From a virus, in IMG/VR virus record IMGVR_UViG_3300027833_000025, positions 1-64,000 of that record: a DNA stretch of 64,000 nt; one strand, given 5' to 3'. Position numbers and translations under genes: made by a program. This document shows positions 1-9,392 of the stretch, in pieces. The notes under the pieces were generated by a model. It was not told where the DNA came from. It made no database searches and saw only the letters and a program-made list of their open reading frames with translations. Position 1 is the stretch's first letter. Each line of letters starts with the position of its first letter.

Positions 1-4
1 TCGT

Positions 5-3000
5 ATGGATTCTTCGTTAGATATGCAAGCGACAATCGACATGAATGGTGATAAAATCACTAGCGTAGGTACTCCTACAGTAGACACAGATGCAGCGAAC
101 AAGACATATGTAGATACAGCGATAAGTAGCAGTGGTTCAAGTGGTACAGATTTTGTTGCATCAGGCACATTGCCAAATGGCGTACCAGTTATTTTAAATT
201 CTGATGGTACAGTATCACATATTAATACTATAGGATCACTCGAAAGTATACCTAAAGGTACTGAAACTGATGCGGGATTTGGTAATATAACTTATCCATC
301 TGTTGCTTATGATCCGCATACGGCTGCTAGAGTTGTTTTAACTTGGAGAGATAATGGACTATTTGCAGCAGTAGGTACTATATCAGGAACGACAGTAACA
401 TTCGGCACTAAAGTTAGGGCATCAAGCGGCTCTACAGGCTATTATAGTCAAGTACATTTTGACCCAGTGACACCTAACAGTTTCGCGGTAATCTATAGAG
501 GTGGTAGTAATTACGGAACTATGATTGCTGGTACTATATCAGGAACTACAGTAACATTCGGTAGTCAAACTGTGTTCCTTTCGACTACAACTAATGATTT
601 TGATTTTGCGTTTGACCCTAGCACATCAGGATCATTTGTTGTTTCAGCCTCTAGTTCTACTGGTCTTAAAGTTTATGCGGGTACGTTATCTGGTACTACA
701 TTGACGTTTGGAACACCAGTTACAGCTAAAACTGGTGATGATTTTAGAGATATTAGTGTTGCATTTGATAGTAGCATTGCTGGTAATTATGTTTTGTCAT
801 ATGAAAACATGTCTACTTACCCCAATGTTAATTTTGAAATACTGGCGGGCACTGTATCTGGAACAACAGCAACGACAGGCGCAGTAACATTAGTGCAGTC
901 CATTGGAAATGGTGGACTTTTTGATGGAAATCAGATATTCTCTGATTCAAATGTCCCTGGCAAGTTTATAATGGCGTACCGATATGGACCTTCGTATGCT
1001 AGAGTCTGTACGGTGTCTGGAAACACGTTTACGTTTGGCACAGCAGTACAGATAAGCACCGCTACTCCTATAGGGGGTTCGATGTTTAGTTCGTACAACT
1101 CTAGTTTATCTAGTCTTATTTCGACTGCTTATTACAATTCCAACTTTGAGATGACAGTAAGCACAGTGTCAGGTATGACTATAACGCCGGCTACGCCCAT
1201 CATTGTTGCTGCTGGAAATCATGCCAATTTTAGTTTGTCGTTTGATACATATACATCGGGTCGCTTTATAGCGTTTTATAGAAATAGAACTGGCAGTCCA
1301 AATTATGGTGCTACACTTTTCGGTCAATTAGCAACAGTAGCCGCACCAAACTTAACGACAGAAACAGCATCTAATTTCATAGGTATATCTTCTGCGTCAT
1401 ACGCTGATGGAGAAACGGCAACTGTTACATTAGCAGGTTCTGTTTCAGACAACCAAACAGGTTTAACTACTAACTCAACTTACTATGTACAAACAGACGG
1501 CACGTTAACCACTACTGCTGGAACACCTAGCGTAGAAGCAGGACGAGCAATTTCATCTACTTCATTACTATTAACTAGTGATACAGGTCCGACTGGAGCA
1601 ACTGGAGCAACTGGTGGTTTCACCGAAGACTATGTACTAGCCGAAGATATGGCAGCAGGCAGCGTAGCAGTCATAAATTCATTGGGTAAAGTAGAATCTG
1701 TTACTGGTGTTGCTGCTATCACAGCAAGTTATTACGAAAATGCTACCCACACATTATCGACAAACATCTATGCTCAAAGAGGCGACATAGAATCGGATCC
1801 TTTAAATGATAATCGATTTGCTATTGTCCAGGCCAATGACACAGGCTGTAGGATTACAGTTGCAACAGTAAGTGGTACTACCATCACTTGGGGCACGACA
1901 CTACTGCTTAAAGGTGGCTCCTATCAACACATTACTCCTAGAATTTCTTGGGATTCCAATACTGCATCAGGTAGATTAGCTGTATATTATACTGATTATA
2001 CAGGTGGAGTATTTTCTGCATATCTGAGTGTTGTTACTGTATCCGGTACTACATGCACTGAGCAATCTCAGAACATGGTAGGTACTGGCATTGAATTTGG
2101 TGATTTGAAATGGGTTCCAGGAGTAGCAGGGCGACTTGTGTACACACAACGAGATGCTAAAACTCTTGTTATGTACAATGTTTCTGCAACTCATCAGACA
2201 ACATACAATAGCCAAGTTGCTTTTGGCGGATTAGATAGTAATCCCGCTCGTATAATGTTCTTTCCAGATGATGGCACCAAAGTTGTTCTCATGTATGGTA
2301 CTTCAAGTGGCATTGCTGTTCGTATCGCAACTATTTCAAGTTCTGCAATTACGCTTGGTACTGAACAAGTTATCACAGGGGCATCAAGTTCACAGGGTTT
2401 ATATAATCGTCATGGTGCTATAGCTTTTCCATATAACGATTCGTCAAAAGTAGTGTTTGCTTCTGAAGGAATAATGGCTTATAATCAATACAGTGCTGTA
2501 GCGGCAACTATATCTGGTGATACTTTTACTTTTGGAGACATTGTACTGATAGACACTGGTGGTAGCGATTATTCAAGCGAAGGTCTAGTCATGTTTAACC
2601 CGTTTGACTCAACTAATATAATTGTTAGTACAAATATAAGTGCGGCTGCATCCAACTTTCAAGTACTTGAACTAACAGGTACAACACTTGTTAAGCAATT
2701 GGCAACTGTAGTTGCTACTCAGGGATACTCGTTATTAGCTAACCTTAATGACAGTGGAAAGTTTGTGATGTTCAGAATGGATGCTGGCAGCGCCCAAATT
2801 AGTTCTTATGGAGTAACAGGTTCAACCACCCTCACGTCCGGAAAAGTAGCTGGACTCTTAACGACTACGGGAACTGCTGGACAAACAAAGCCAGTTCAAT
2901 TTATCGGAAGACTAGATGGATTTACAGGATTAACCATAGGTGCTGAATATTATGCGCAGCCTGTTGGTGGAATATCTACTGTAAATTCTATAGGATCTGT

Positions 3001-3046
3001 ACTTATTGGCTTTGCAGCTAGCGAAACTGCTATACAAATTAAGTAA
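5..3046 (+). CDS. Virion fibre/structural protein with two tandem beta-repeat units (probably 5' truncated)
   Basis: Thr/Gly/Ser-rich; recurrent GTISGTTVTFG-like repeats; DAANKTYVD fibre motif; short collagen-like linker GPTGATGATG; frame is open to the window start. Confidence 0.7.
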   Translation: MDSSLDMQATIDMNGDKITSVGTPTVDTDAANKTYVDTAISSSGSSGTDFVASGTLPNGVPVILNSDGTVSHINTIGSLESIPKGTETDAGFGNITYPSVAYDPHTAARVVLTWRDNGLFAAVGTISGTTVTFGTKVRASSGSTGYYSQVHFDPVTPNSFAVIYRGGSNYGTMIAGTISGTTVTFGSQTVFLSTTTNDFDFAFDPSTSGSFVVSASSSTGLKVYAGTLSGTTLTFGTPVTAKTGDDFRDISVAFDSSIAGNYVLSYENMSTYPNVNFEILAGTVSGTTATTGAVTLVQSIGNGGLFDGNQIFSDSNVPGKFIMAYRYGPSYARVCTVSGNTFTFGTAVQISTATPIGGSMFSSYNSSLSSLISTAYYNSNFEMTVSTVSGMTITPATPIIVAAGNHANFSLSFDTYTSGRFIAFYRNRTGSPNYGATLFGQLATVAAPNLTTETASNFIGISSASYADGETATVTLAGSVSDNQTGLTTNSTYYVQTDGTLTTTAGTPSVEAGRAISSTSLLLTSDTGPTGATGATGGFTEDYVLAEDMAAGSVAVINSLGKVESVTGVAAITASYYENATHTLSTNIYAQRGDIESDPLNDNRFAIVQANDTGCRITVATVSGTTITWGTTLLLKGGSYQHITPRISWDSNTASGRLAVYYTDYTGGVFSAYLSVVTVSGTTCTEQSQNMVGTGIEFGDLKWVPGVAGRLVYTQRDAKTLVMYNVSATHQTTYNSQVAFGGLDSNPARIMFFPDDGTKVVLMYGTSSGIAVRIATISSSAITLGTEQVITGASSSQGLYNRHGAIAFPYNDSSKVVFASEGIMAYNQYSAVAATISGDTFTFGDIVLIDTGGSDYSSEGLVMFNPFDSTNIIVSTNISAAASNFQVLELTGTTLVKQLATVVATQGYSLLANLNDSGKFVMFRMDAGSAQISSYGVTGSTTLTSGKVAGLLTTTGTAGQTKPVQFIGRLDGFTGLTIGAEYYAQPVGGISTVNSIGSVLIGFAASETAIQIK

Positions 3047-3105
3047 AAGAATTTTACTTAAAGCAATCGATGTTGTTATTGAAAATACAATAATATAAAC
3101 TAGGT

Positions 3106-3132
3106 AAAAAACCCACAAATGTGGGTTTTTTT
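3106..3132 (+). terminator. Rho-independent terminator (bidirectional form)
   Basis: AAAAAACCCAC-AAAT-GTGGGTTTTTTT after the fibre gene. Confidence 0.8.
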
Positions 3133-3144
3133 GTGGATAGACAC

Positions 3145-3173
3145 TTGACAAAAGTAATGATCCTTGCTATAAT
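3145..3173 (+). promoter_or_regulatory. Sigma70-type early promoter
   Basis: TTGACA-17-TATAAT with TGn extension. Confidence 0.85.
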
Positions 3174-3208
3174 AGTTAAGTAAGTTAATAAAGAAGAGCG
3201 AGAAAATT

Positions 3209-3427
3209 ATGACACAACTTGATTCAATATTGCAGATTTTTGAAACATCACCCAACGAGAGAAGTTTTGCAAAGGGCATCCCAATGATGTATGTAGATGA
3301 TGTGCAGCGTCAATATCCTGGGAAGTTTAGATATAAGTATCGTGGTCCTTCAAATGCAGAATATACTCGACCACAGTCGTACATCGTTAAACATTATGCA
3401 ACATCATTTGCATTATATCTTAAATAA
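3209..3427 (+). CDS. Small early hypothetical protein
   Basis: 72-aa ORF directly after an early promoter. Confidence 0.65.
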   Translation: MTQLDSILQIFETSPNERSFAKGIPMMYVDDVQRQYPGKFRYKYRGPSNAEYTRPQSYIVKHYATSFALYLK

Positions 3428-3430
3428 CCC

Positions 3431-3460
3431 TTGACAAACCAATACATCTTACTGTATAAT
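3431..3460 (+). promoter_or_regulatory. Sigma70-type early promoter
   Basis: TTGACA-18-TATAAT. Confidence 0.75.
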
Positions 3461-3496
3461 AGAACTTCATTAATTAATTAGATAGGAATCTAAAAC

Positions 3497-4381
3497 ATGA
3501 CTACTCAAACAATCAAATTAACCACTACAAAACGCAAAGCAGGTCGTCCTCGTAAGAACGCAGCAGCATCTATCATTGAAGTAGATACTACTGAGTCGGT
3601 TACTACTGAAACTGATAATGAGATTGTTGAGCGTCTACGTGAACGATTCAGTATCTTAGATGAAATGACTCAAATGTCAGTAGATGGTGATATTCGCGGA
3701 ATGGTAGTAACAGGTCCTCCTGGAGTTGGTAAGTCATTCGGTGTTGAGAATGTTATTGAAAAGAATTCATTGTTTGATAAGTTACGTGGTGCAGTATCGC
3801 GATTTGGCATTGAGAAAGGAGCGGCGTCTGCAATCGGTTTATATAAGTTGTTATATCGTTATGCTGATGCTAACAATGTACTTGTATTAGACGATTGTGA
3901 TTCGGTGTTGTATGATGAATTATCATTAAACCTATTAAAAGCAGCGTTAGATAGTTCTAAGAAGCGTAGGATTTCTTGGAACACTGAAAGTTCAGCACTC
4001 CGTCGTGAAGGAATTCCTGAGTCATTTGAATTTAAAGGATCTGTAATTTTCATTACTAACTTGAAATTTGACAAAGTACGTGGTAAGATCAAAGATCACT
4101 TAGATGCAATTATGTCGCGTTGTCACTATCTTGATCTGACTATGAACAGTACACGTGAGCGTCTATTGCGTTGTCGTCAAGTTGTTAAGGATGGTATGCT
4201 AGAAGATTATGGTTTTTCAGAAGCAGAGCAAACCGAAATCGTTGATTTTGTAGATAATAACAAAGATCGTATGCGCGAGATTAGTCTACGTATGGTATGT
4301 AAAATTGCAGACTTGCGTAAAACCAAAAGTGACAAATGGCAGCGTATGGCAGAAATCACTTGTATGCGATCAACTGCATAA
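3497..4381 (+). CDS. P-loop (AAA-like) ATPase with AT-hook-like N-terminus
   Basis: Walker A GPPGVGKS, Walker B VLVLDD, sensor FITN, SR arginine finger; KRKAGRPRK near the N-terminus. Confidence 0.8.
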   Translation: MTTQTIKLTTTKRKAGRPRKNAAASIIEVDTTESVTTETDNEIVERLRERFSILDEMTQMSVDGDIRGMVVTGPPGVGKSFGVENVIEKNSLFDKLRGAVSRFGIEKGAASAIGLYKLLYRYADANNVLVLDDCDSVLYDELSLNLLKAALDSSKKRRISWNTESSALRREGIPESFEFKGSVIFITNLKFDKVRGKIKDHLDAIMSRCHYLDLTMNSTRERLLRCRQVVKDGMLEDYGFSEAEQTEIVDFVDNNKDRMREISLRMVCKIADLRKTKSDKWQRMAEITCMRSTA

Positions 4382-4401
4382 TAGTTTATTGACTGTTATA
4401 T

Positions 4402-4425
4402 AAGACCCAGGAATCCTGGGTCTTT
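4402..4425 (+). terminator. Terminator-like hairpin
   Basis: AAGACCCAGG-AAT-CCTGGGTCTTT. Confidence 0.65.
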
Positions 4426-4459
4426 GGTTATAATAAGTAAAACAAATTGGAGAACAACA

Positions 4460-5917
4460 ATTAAAACTGCAACAATTATATTGAAAGACGAAGTCAATGC
4501 AAAGATAGAAGGACTTGAACTTACCACTAGAAAAAAACTAGAGGCAAAGTTTAAGTTTTTCTTGCCTTATGCGCGACATGTTCCTTCCTATAAATTAGGT
4601 AGATGGGATGGGTGTGAGCGATATTTTACCATTGGTGGTATTACATTTGTCAGTCTATTAGAGACAGCGATTCCTATTATCATCGAAGATGGTTATCAGA
4701 TTGAACTAGACGATCTTAGAACCCATAATAAACTTGAGTTTGATTTGGTAGATGAATCTACGTTTCAACATAAAGTATGGCCCGCGAAGCATCGTTTTGA
4801 AGGACAACCTGTAACACTACGTGATTATCAAATTGAAATTGTCAACAAGTTTGTAGAAACACCTCAGTGTCTACAAGAGATTGCAACAGGTGCTGGTAAA
4901 ACATTGATTACAGCAGCGTTAAGTTATAAAGCAGAGAAGTATGGTCGTTCTATTGTTATCGTCCCAAATAAAGATTTGGTGAATCAAACATGTGCAGATT
5001 ATATTAATCTTGGACTTGATGTTGGTGTGTACTTTGGTGATAAAAAAGAATTTGGACGAACTCATACAATTTGTACATGGCAGAGTCTTAACGTAATTCG
5101 TAAACGATTCAAGAATGGTGAGCAAGATTGGGGATTGCAAGACTTTGCAGAGGATGTAGTCTGTATCATAGTAGACGAAGTTCACCAAGCAAAGGCGGAT
5201 GTACTAAAAGATATGCTTACTAAGGAATTTGCTAATGTACCTTTACGATGGGGATTGACAGGTACAATACCAAAAGCAGAAAACGAACAAATGACATTGC
5301 AAGTTAGTTTGGGCAATGTAGTAAATCGTTTAGCAGCATCAGAATTACAAGACATGGGTGTACTAAGTAATTGTCATGTTAATATTGTACAAATGAAAGA
5401 AATCACTGACTATACTAATTATCAAAGTGAATTGACATTTTTGACAACGAATGCACATCGTATTAGTTACATGGGTGATTTAATAAAGACAATATCACAA
5501 TCTGGTAATACTCTGGTATTGGTTGATCGCATTAAAGCAGGCGAAATGTTAGTTGATCATATTGGCGGTGATACTACTTTCGTTAAGGGAGCAATGAAGT
5601 CTACAGATCGTAAAGACACATACGATGAAATTAATGAAGCGACTAATAGTATTACTATTGCGACATATGGTGTAGCAGCAGTTGGATTAAACATCCCACG
5701 CATATTTAACATGGTATTGATTGAGCCTGGTAAGAGTTTTGTGCGTGTAATACAATCAATTGGACGTGGTGTTCGTAGAGCAGATGATAAGGACTTTGTA
5801 GAGATATATGATTTCACGAGTACAGCAAAGTTTAGTAAGCGTCATTTGACTGAACGTAAGAAATTTTATAAAGAAGCAAATTATCCTTTTTCAATAGAGA
5901 AAGTAGATTACAAGTAA
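4460..5917 (+). CDS. uvsW: UvsW-like superfamily 2 DNA helicase (probable ATT start)
   Basis: LRDYQ Q-motif, ATGAGKT, DEVH, GLTGT, QSIGRGVR; GGAG 7 nt before ATT 4460. Confidence 0.85.
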   Translation: MKTATIILKDEVNAKIEGLELTTRKKLEAKFKFFLPYARHVPSYKLGRWDGCERYFTIGGITFVSLLETAIPIIIEDGYQIELDDLRTHNKLEFDLVDESTFQHKVWPAKHRFEGQPVTLRDYQIEIVNKFVETPQCLQEIATGAGKTLITAALSYKAEKYGRSIVIVPNKDLVNQTCADYINLGLDVGVYFGDKKEFGRTHTICTWQSLNVIRKRFKNGEQDWGLQDFAEDVVCIIVDEVHQAKADVLKDMLTKEFANVPLRWGLTGTIPKAENEQMTLQVSLGNVVNRLAASELQDMGVLSNCHVNIVQMKEITDYTNYQSELTFLTTNAHRISYMGDLIKTISQSGNTLVLVDRIKAGEMLVDHIGGDTTFVKGAMKSTDRKDTYDEINEATNSITIATYGVAAVGLNIPRIFNMVLIEPGKSFVRVIQSIGRGVRRADDKDFVEIYDFTSTAKFSKRHLTERKKFYKEANYPFSIEKVDYK

Positions 5918-5923
5918 AACCTA

Positions 5924-5952
5924 TTGACTCGTATGATATAATGTGATATAAT
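5924..5952 (+). promoter_or_regulatory. Sigma70-type promoter
   Basis: TTGACT-17-TATAAT with TGn. Confidence 0.75.
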
Positions 5953-5981
5953 GTATTACATTAATAATAAGGAACCAAATT

Positions 5982-6482
5982 ATGAAAATCCTAACGGTTG
6001 AGAATAAGACCTACGAATTGGATGATGTGCCAGAATTAGTAGATGATCTACGATATGGCGTATTAGATTACAGTGACCCAAAGAACGTGGATTATTATTT
6101 TATTCCATTAATCTTTTTAGAAAGTTTTTATAGTCCCGCAGCAGTGTTGCAAGTTGGTGAATATACGATCAATGTACCTTTGGATTGGAGTATTGTTATT
6201 TGCGACCCAGAAGTAGGAAATCCTGAAGTAATTAGTTTGATGGGATTAAATGATAGAGGTTTCACTACAATTGCGATGAACCCAATGACTGGCTATAGCC
6301 CAAAATATCTTGATGTGAATATTGTTAATGTGTTTACAGATGTAAAATGGCATGCCCCAAAACTGAAGTTTGGTCATATTCTGTCAGTACCATTGTGTGA
6401 TGGTGATAATCCAGAATGTATCTATCTTATAAAAGAAGTAAATAAGATACCAGAAGTATTAGACATTAGTGAGTTGATTTAG
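5982..6482 (+). CDS. Hypothetical protein
   Basis: 166-aa ORF with AAGGA RBS, first gene of the operon. Confidence 0.75.
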   Translation: MKILTVENKTYELDDVPELVDDLRYGVLDYSDPKNVDYYFIPLIFLESFYSPAAVLQVGEYTINVPLDWSIVICDPEVGNPEVISLMGLNDRGFTTIAMNPMTGYSPKYLDVNIVNVFTDVKWHAPKLKFGHILSVPLCDGDNPECIYLIKEVNKIPEVLDISELI

Positions 6483-6491
6483 GAATAAATT

Positions 6492-7211
6492 ATGACTCAA
6501 GATCATCATGTAAGAATAGTGAAACACGATATGTGGGACATGACTACTAAATTGTGTTATGGTTATGACTCATGTATGTATATATGCACGACTAAATTAT
6601 CTGATTCTCACATGAGTACTCATCGAAGACTAATGGCACTTAAACCAATTATCAAAAATAATACAACTGATGTAAAAATAGTGATTGGGGATAATTATTA
6701 TTATCGTATGAATGGATGCACACTGCGCGTATACTTTAATATGCTTAACGACGAAGCAGTTAAGTTCTTATTGCATGTCACAGATAAAAATACTAATCTT
6801 TTTGATATAGTGCAAGTAAAGTCCCCAAAAGATGAAGCACATAGAGAGTTGCTTAATAACAAAGAAATAACGCAGATTATAAGAAAGCAGAACTACTATG
6901 ATAAGTATGTATACAGTGTAACTATTCGAATGAATGCTATTACAGTTAAGCAGCCTCAGCATCAATATCAATGGAGTAGGAGTAATCCTGAATCACATAA
7001 ACGTATGCTTGATATGAGAAAATGGTTAAAAGACACAATGCCAAATAGTATGACCACTGCTTATTATGATGATGTAAAAATATATACTAATGATATTAGT
7101 GCTTTGATGATGTTTAGGTTGTCATTTGACGTATCTACGTGTATAATAAAAGAAGCAATCATAGTTAAAGAAGATAAAAAGCAACCCCTAGAATTGAAAA
7201 TAGTGTTTTAA
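6492..7211 (+). CDS. Hypothetical protein
   Basis: 239-aa ORF, AGGA RBS. Confidence 0.7.
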   Translation: MTQDHHVRIVKHDMWDMTTKLCYGYDSCMYICTTKLSDSHMSTHRRLMALKPIIKNNTTDVKIVIGDNYYYRMNGCTLRVYFNMLNDEAVKFLLHVTDKNTNLFDIVQVKSPKDEAHRELLNNKEITQIIRKQNYYDKYVYSVTIRMNAITVKQPQHQYQWSRSNPESHKRMLDMRKWLKDTMPNSMTTAYYDDVKIYTNDISALMMFRLSFDVSTCIIKEAIIVKEDKKQPLELKIVF

Positions 7212-7213
7212 AT

Positions 7214-7672
7214 ATGAGTAAATTAAATATTAAAAATGAGATGCGTGCAATTGATACACGTGATCGCAATTGGTATGATAGTCTAACTGATGAAGAGACT
7301 GTGAAATATAATAAGAATATGTGGACACAGCAACGGTTCATAAGTTCATGTAAAGGTAAATTGGCAGAGCATTATTTAGAGTGGACAAACGAATTAGTAA
7401 ATATTCACTTTAATACTCTTAGACATCATCCCAAGTTACAGTTTCAGTTATTACAAGCGTTGTCATTAGGAACTAGTCAATATCATGAGTGGATTTCTCC
7501 TGGCAAGAAGGGAACAGATACGAAGATATTTAAATTCATTAAAGAAAACTACCCTAATTTAAACGATGATGAAGTAGAATTGTTTATTGGTATGCATGAC
7601 AAGAATGATCTAAGAGAATTGCTATTTGATTTTGGATTAAGTAAAAAAGAAACAACTGCTCTTCTTAAATGA
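7214..7672 (+). CDS. Possible clamp-loader small subunit (gp62-like)
   Basis: Size and pattern (QRFIS...LQFQLL...HEWI.PGKK...IKENY) loosely resemble T4 gp62; replication context. Confidence 0.4.
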   Translation: MSKLNIKNEMRAIDTRDRNWYDSLTDEETVKYNKNMWTQQRFISSCKGKLAEHYLEWTNELVNIHFNTLRHHPKLQFQLLQALSLGTSQYHEWISPGKKGTDTKIFKFIKENYPNLNDDEVELFIGMHDKNDLRELLFDFGLSKKETTALLK

Positions 7673-7692
7673 GAATAACAAGTTTATAAATT

Positions 7693-8385
7693 ATGCAACA
7701 AAAATCGTATAAATGTGAATACTGCAATAAAGACTTTAAGCGTGAAAACACGCTTATCGTACATCTATGTGTACAGAAAAAACGACATATGCAAGAGACA
7801 GATAAAGATGTTCAATTAGGATATCGTGCATATCAGTTATTTTATCGTATTGGGACAAATTCAAAGAAAGACAAATCTTATACCGAATTTGCAAAAAGTT
7901 CGTATTATGGTGCGTTCATAAAGTTTGGCAAATATTGCATTGAGGTTAAGATAGATGATGTAATTGGATTCACCACTTGGTTACTAAAGAATCAAGTAAA
8001 ACTAGATCACTGGACACATGATGCGAGATTTAGTGGGTGGGTAAAAGAGCGATTGAAAGTTGAGAGTGTTGATAGAGCAGTCGAGCGAACAATACTAGCA
8101 ATGCAAGATTGGGCAGAAGATAGAGAAAGTGATTGGAATACATATTTCAAAACAGTAGCGCCTAGTCTAGCAGTTTTTCATATATGTTCTGGTAGAATCA
8201 GTCCTTGGGTTATATATGCAAGTAATGATGCACAGGGATTATTGGATATGTTGAATAATAAACAGATTGAAATGATTGTAGATTATATTGATCCTCAATA
8301 TTGGCAGATACGATTAAAGCGTAAAAATGAAGTTAAAGATTTACAATGGGTAGAAACTATTTTGAAACAAGCGAGTATAGGATAA
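7693..8385 (+). CDS. Protein with N-terminal C2H2/C2HC-like zinc finger
   Basis: YKCEYCNKDFKRENTLIVHLC. Confidence 0.7.
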   Translation: MQQKSYKCEYCNKDFKRENTLIVHLCVQKKRHMQETDKDVQLGYRAYQLFYRIGTNSKKDKSYTEFAKSSYYGAFIKFGKYCIEVKIDDVIGFTTWLLKNQVKLDHWTHDARFSGWVKERLKVESVDRAVERTILAMQDWAEDRESDWNTYFKTVAPSLAVFHICSGRISPWVIYASNDAQGLLDMLNNKQIEMIVDYIDPQYWQIRLKRKNEVKDLQWVETILKQASIG

Positions 8386-8391
8386 ATTAGT

Positions 8392-8970
8392 ATGATAGTT
8401 AATACAGATATTGACATAGATATTGCGAATAGAGATAAATTACTTGCTCTAATTGAAAATACGCCTGCAATGATAAAGCGAGAACATACTGAAAAAAAGC
8501 ACAACACAGGTGTATATTTTCATGAGATTCCTACTAATCCATATAATGGTTTAGCGACAATAGATCATAAAGATGCCGAAAAGATGGGTTACTTTAAAAT
8601 GGATTTGTTGAATGTATCAGTATATAATGATATCAATAACAAAGCAGAACTTGATGAATTACTTGAAATGGAACCCATGTGGGATCTATTAGAGCATAGG
8701 GAAATTGTTGAGAAATGTTTCCATATACATTCACATTATGGAATTGTTCAACAAATGAAGCCTAAAAGTGTTGGTCAATTGGCAGCAGTATTGGCAATGA
8801 TACGACCAGCAAAGAGTCACCTAATTGGCAAAGATTGGGATACTGTGATGAACGACATTTGGGTTAAGCCAGAAGATGATTCTTATTACTTTAAGAAAAG
8901 TCACGCTCACTCATACGCAATGGTAGTGGTTATGCAATTAAACAAGATCGTTAAAGACTCTTTTTCATAA
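8392..8970 (+). CDS. Miniature DnaE (Pol III alpha)-like catalytic-core protein
   Basis: Collinear DnaE motifs DIDID, HNTGV, GYFKMDLL, LAMIRP, FKKSHAHSY in 192 aa. Confidence 0.75.
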   Translation: MIVNTDIDIDIANRDKLLALIENTPAMIKREHTEKKHNTGVYFHEIPTNPYNGLATIDHKDAEKMGYFKMDLLNVSVYNDINNKAELDELLEMEPMWDLLEHREIVEKCFHIHSHYGIVQQMKPKSVGQLAAVLAMIRPAKSHLIGKDWDTVMNDIWVKPEDDSYYFKKSHAHSYAMVVVMQLNKIVKDSFS

Positions 8971-9322
8971 GATTAATACTTCTACGTTTTATTCTTTTTG
9001 TAATGGAATTGCTGAGTCTAACTTCGGGACCAGCGATTATTTCCATTTGCTTTACATTAAAACTTTGTATACAGTGTTGAAAATGCCACCTATTGATCAA
9101 GGCAATGTTGATCGGTAACTGTCTATTAGTTTCCCACCACCATTCTTCTCCTAGCATAAGAAATAATTGCTTTTCATCTACTGATTCCAATCGTTCAAAC
9201 ATATACATGCTTGCGATTTGAGTGTCAATGTTCTGCATGACACCAACATATTCGTTGCCGGCGTAAGATAGCACTGTCAGAAATGGATATTGGTCGAGTA
9301 ATTCTTCATATTGTTTTTGCAT
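8951..9322 (-). CDS. Hypothetical late protein
   Basis: 123-aa ORF; TATAAATA 6 nt upstream of the ATG. Confidence 0.7.
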   Translation of the reverse strand: MQKQYEELLDQYPFLTVLSYAGNEYVGVMQNIDTQIASMYMFERLESVDEKQLFLMLGEEWWWETNRQLPINIALINRWHFQHCIQSFNVKQMEIIAGPEVRLSNSITKRIKRRSINLMKKSL

Positions 9323-9328
9323 TACTAT

Positions 9329-9367
9329 TATTTATACTAAAATATTTTCATCATTTCTGCATAAATA
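9329..9367. promoter_or_regulatory. Divergent pair of T4-type late promoters
   Basis: TATAAATA on minus (9329-9336) and CATAAATA on plus (9360-9367). Confidence 0.7.
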
Positions 9368-9392
9368 CAAGATATAATCAGGGACTTATAAA

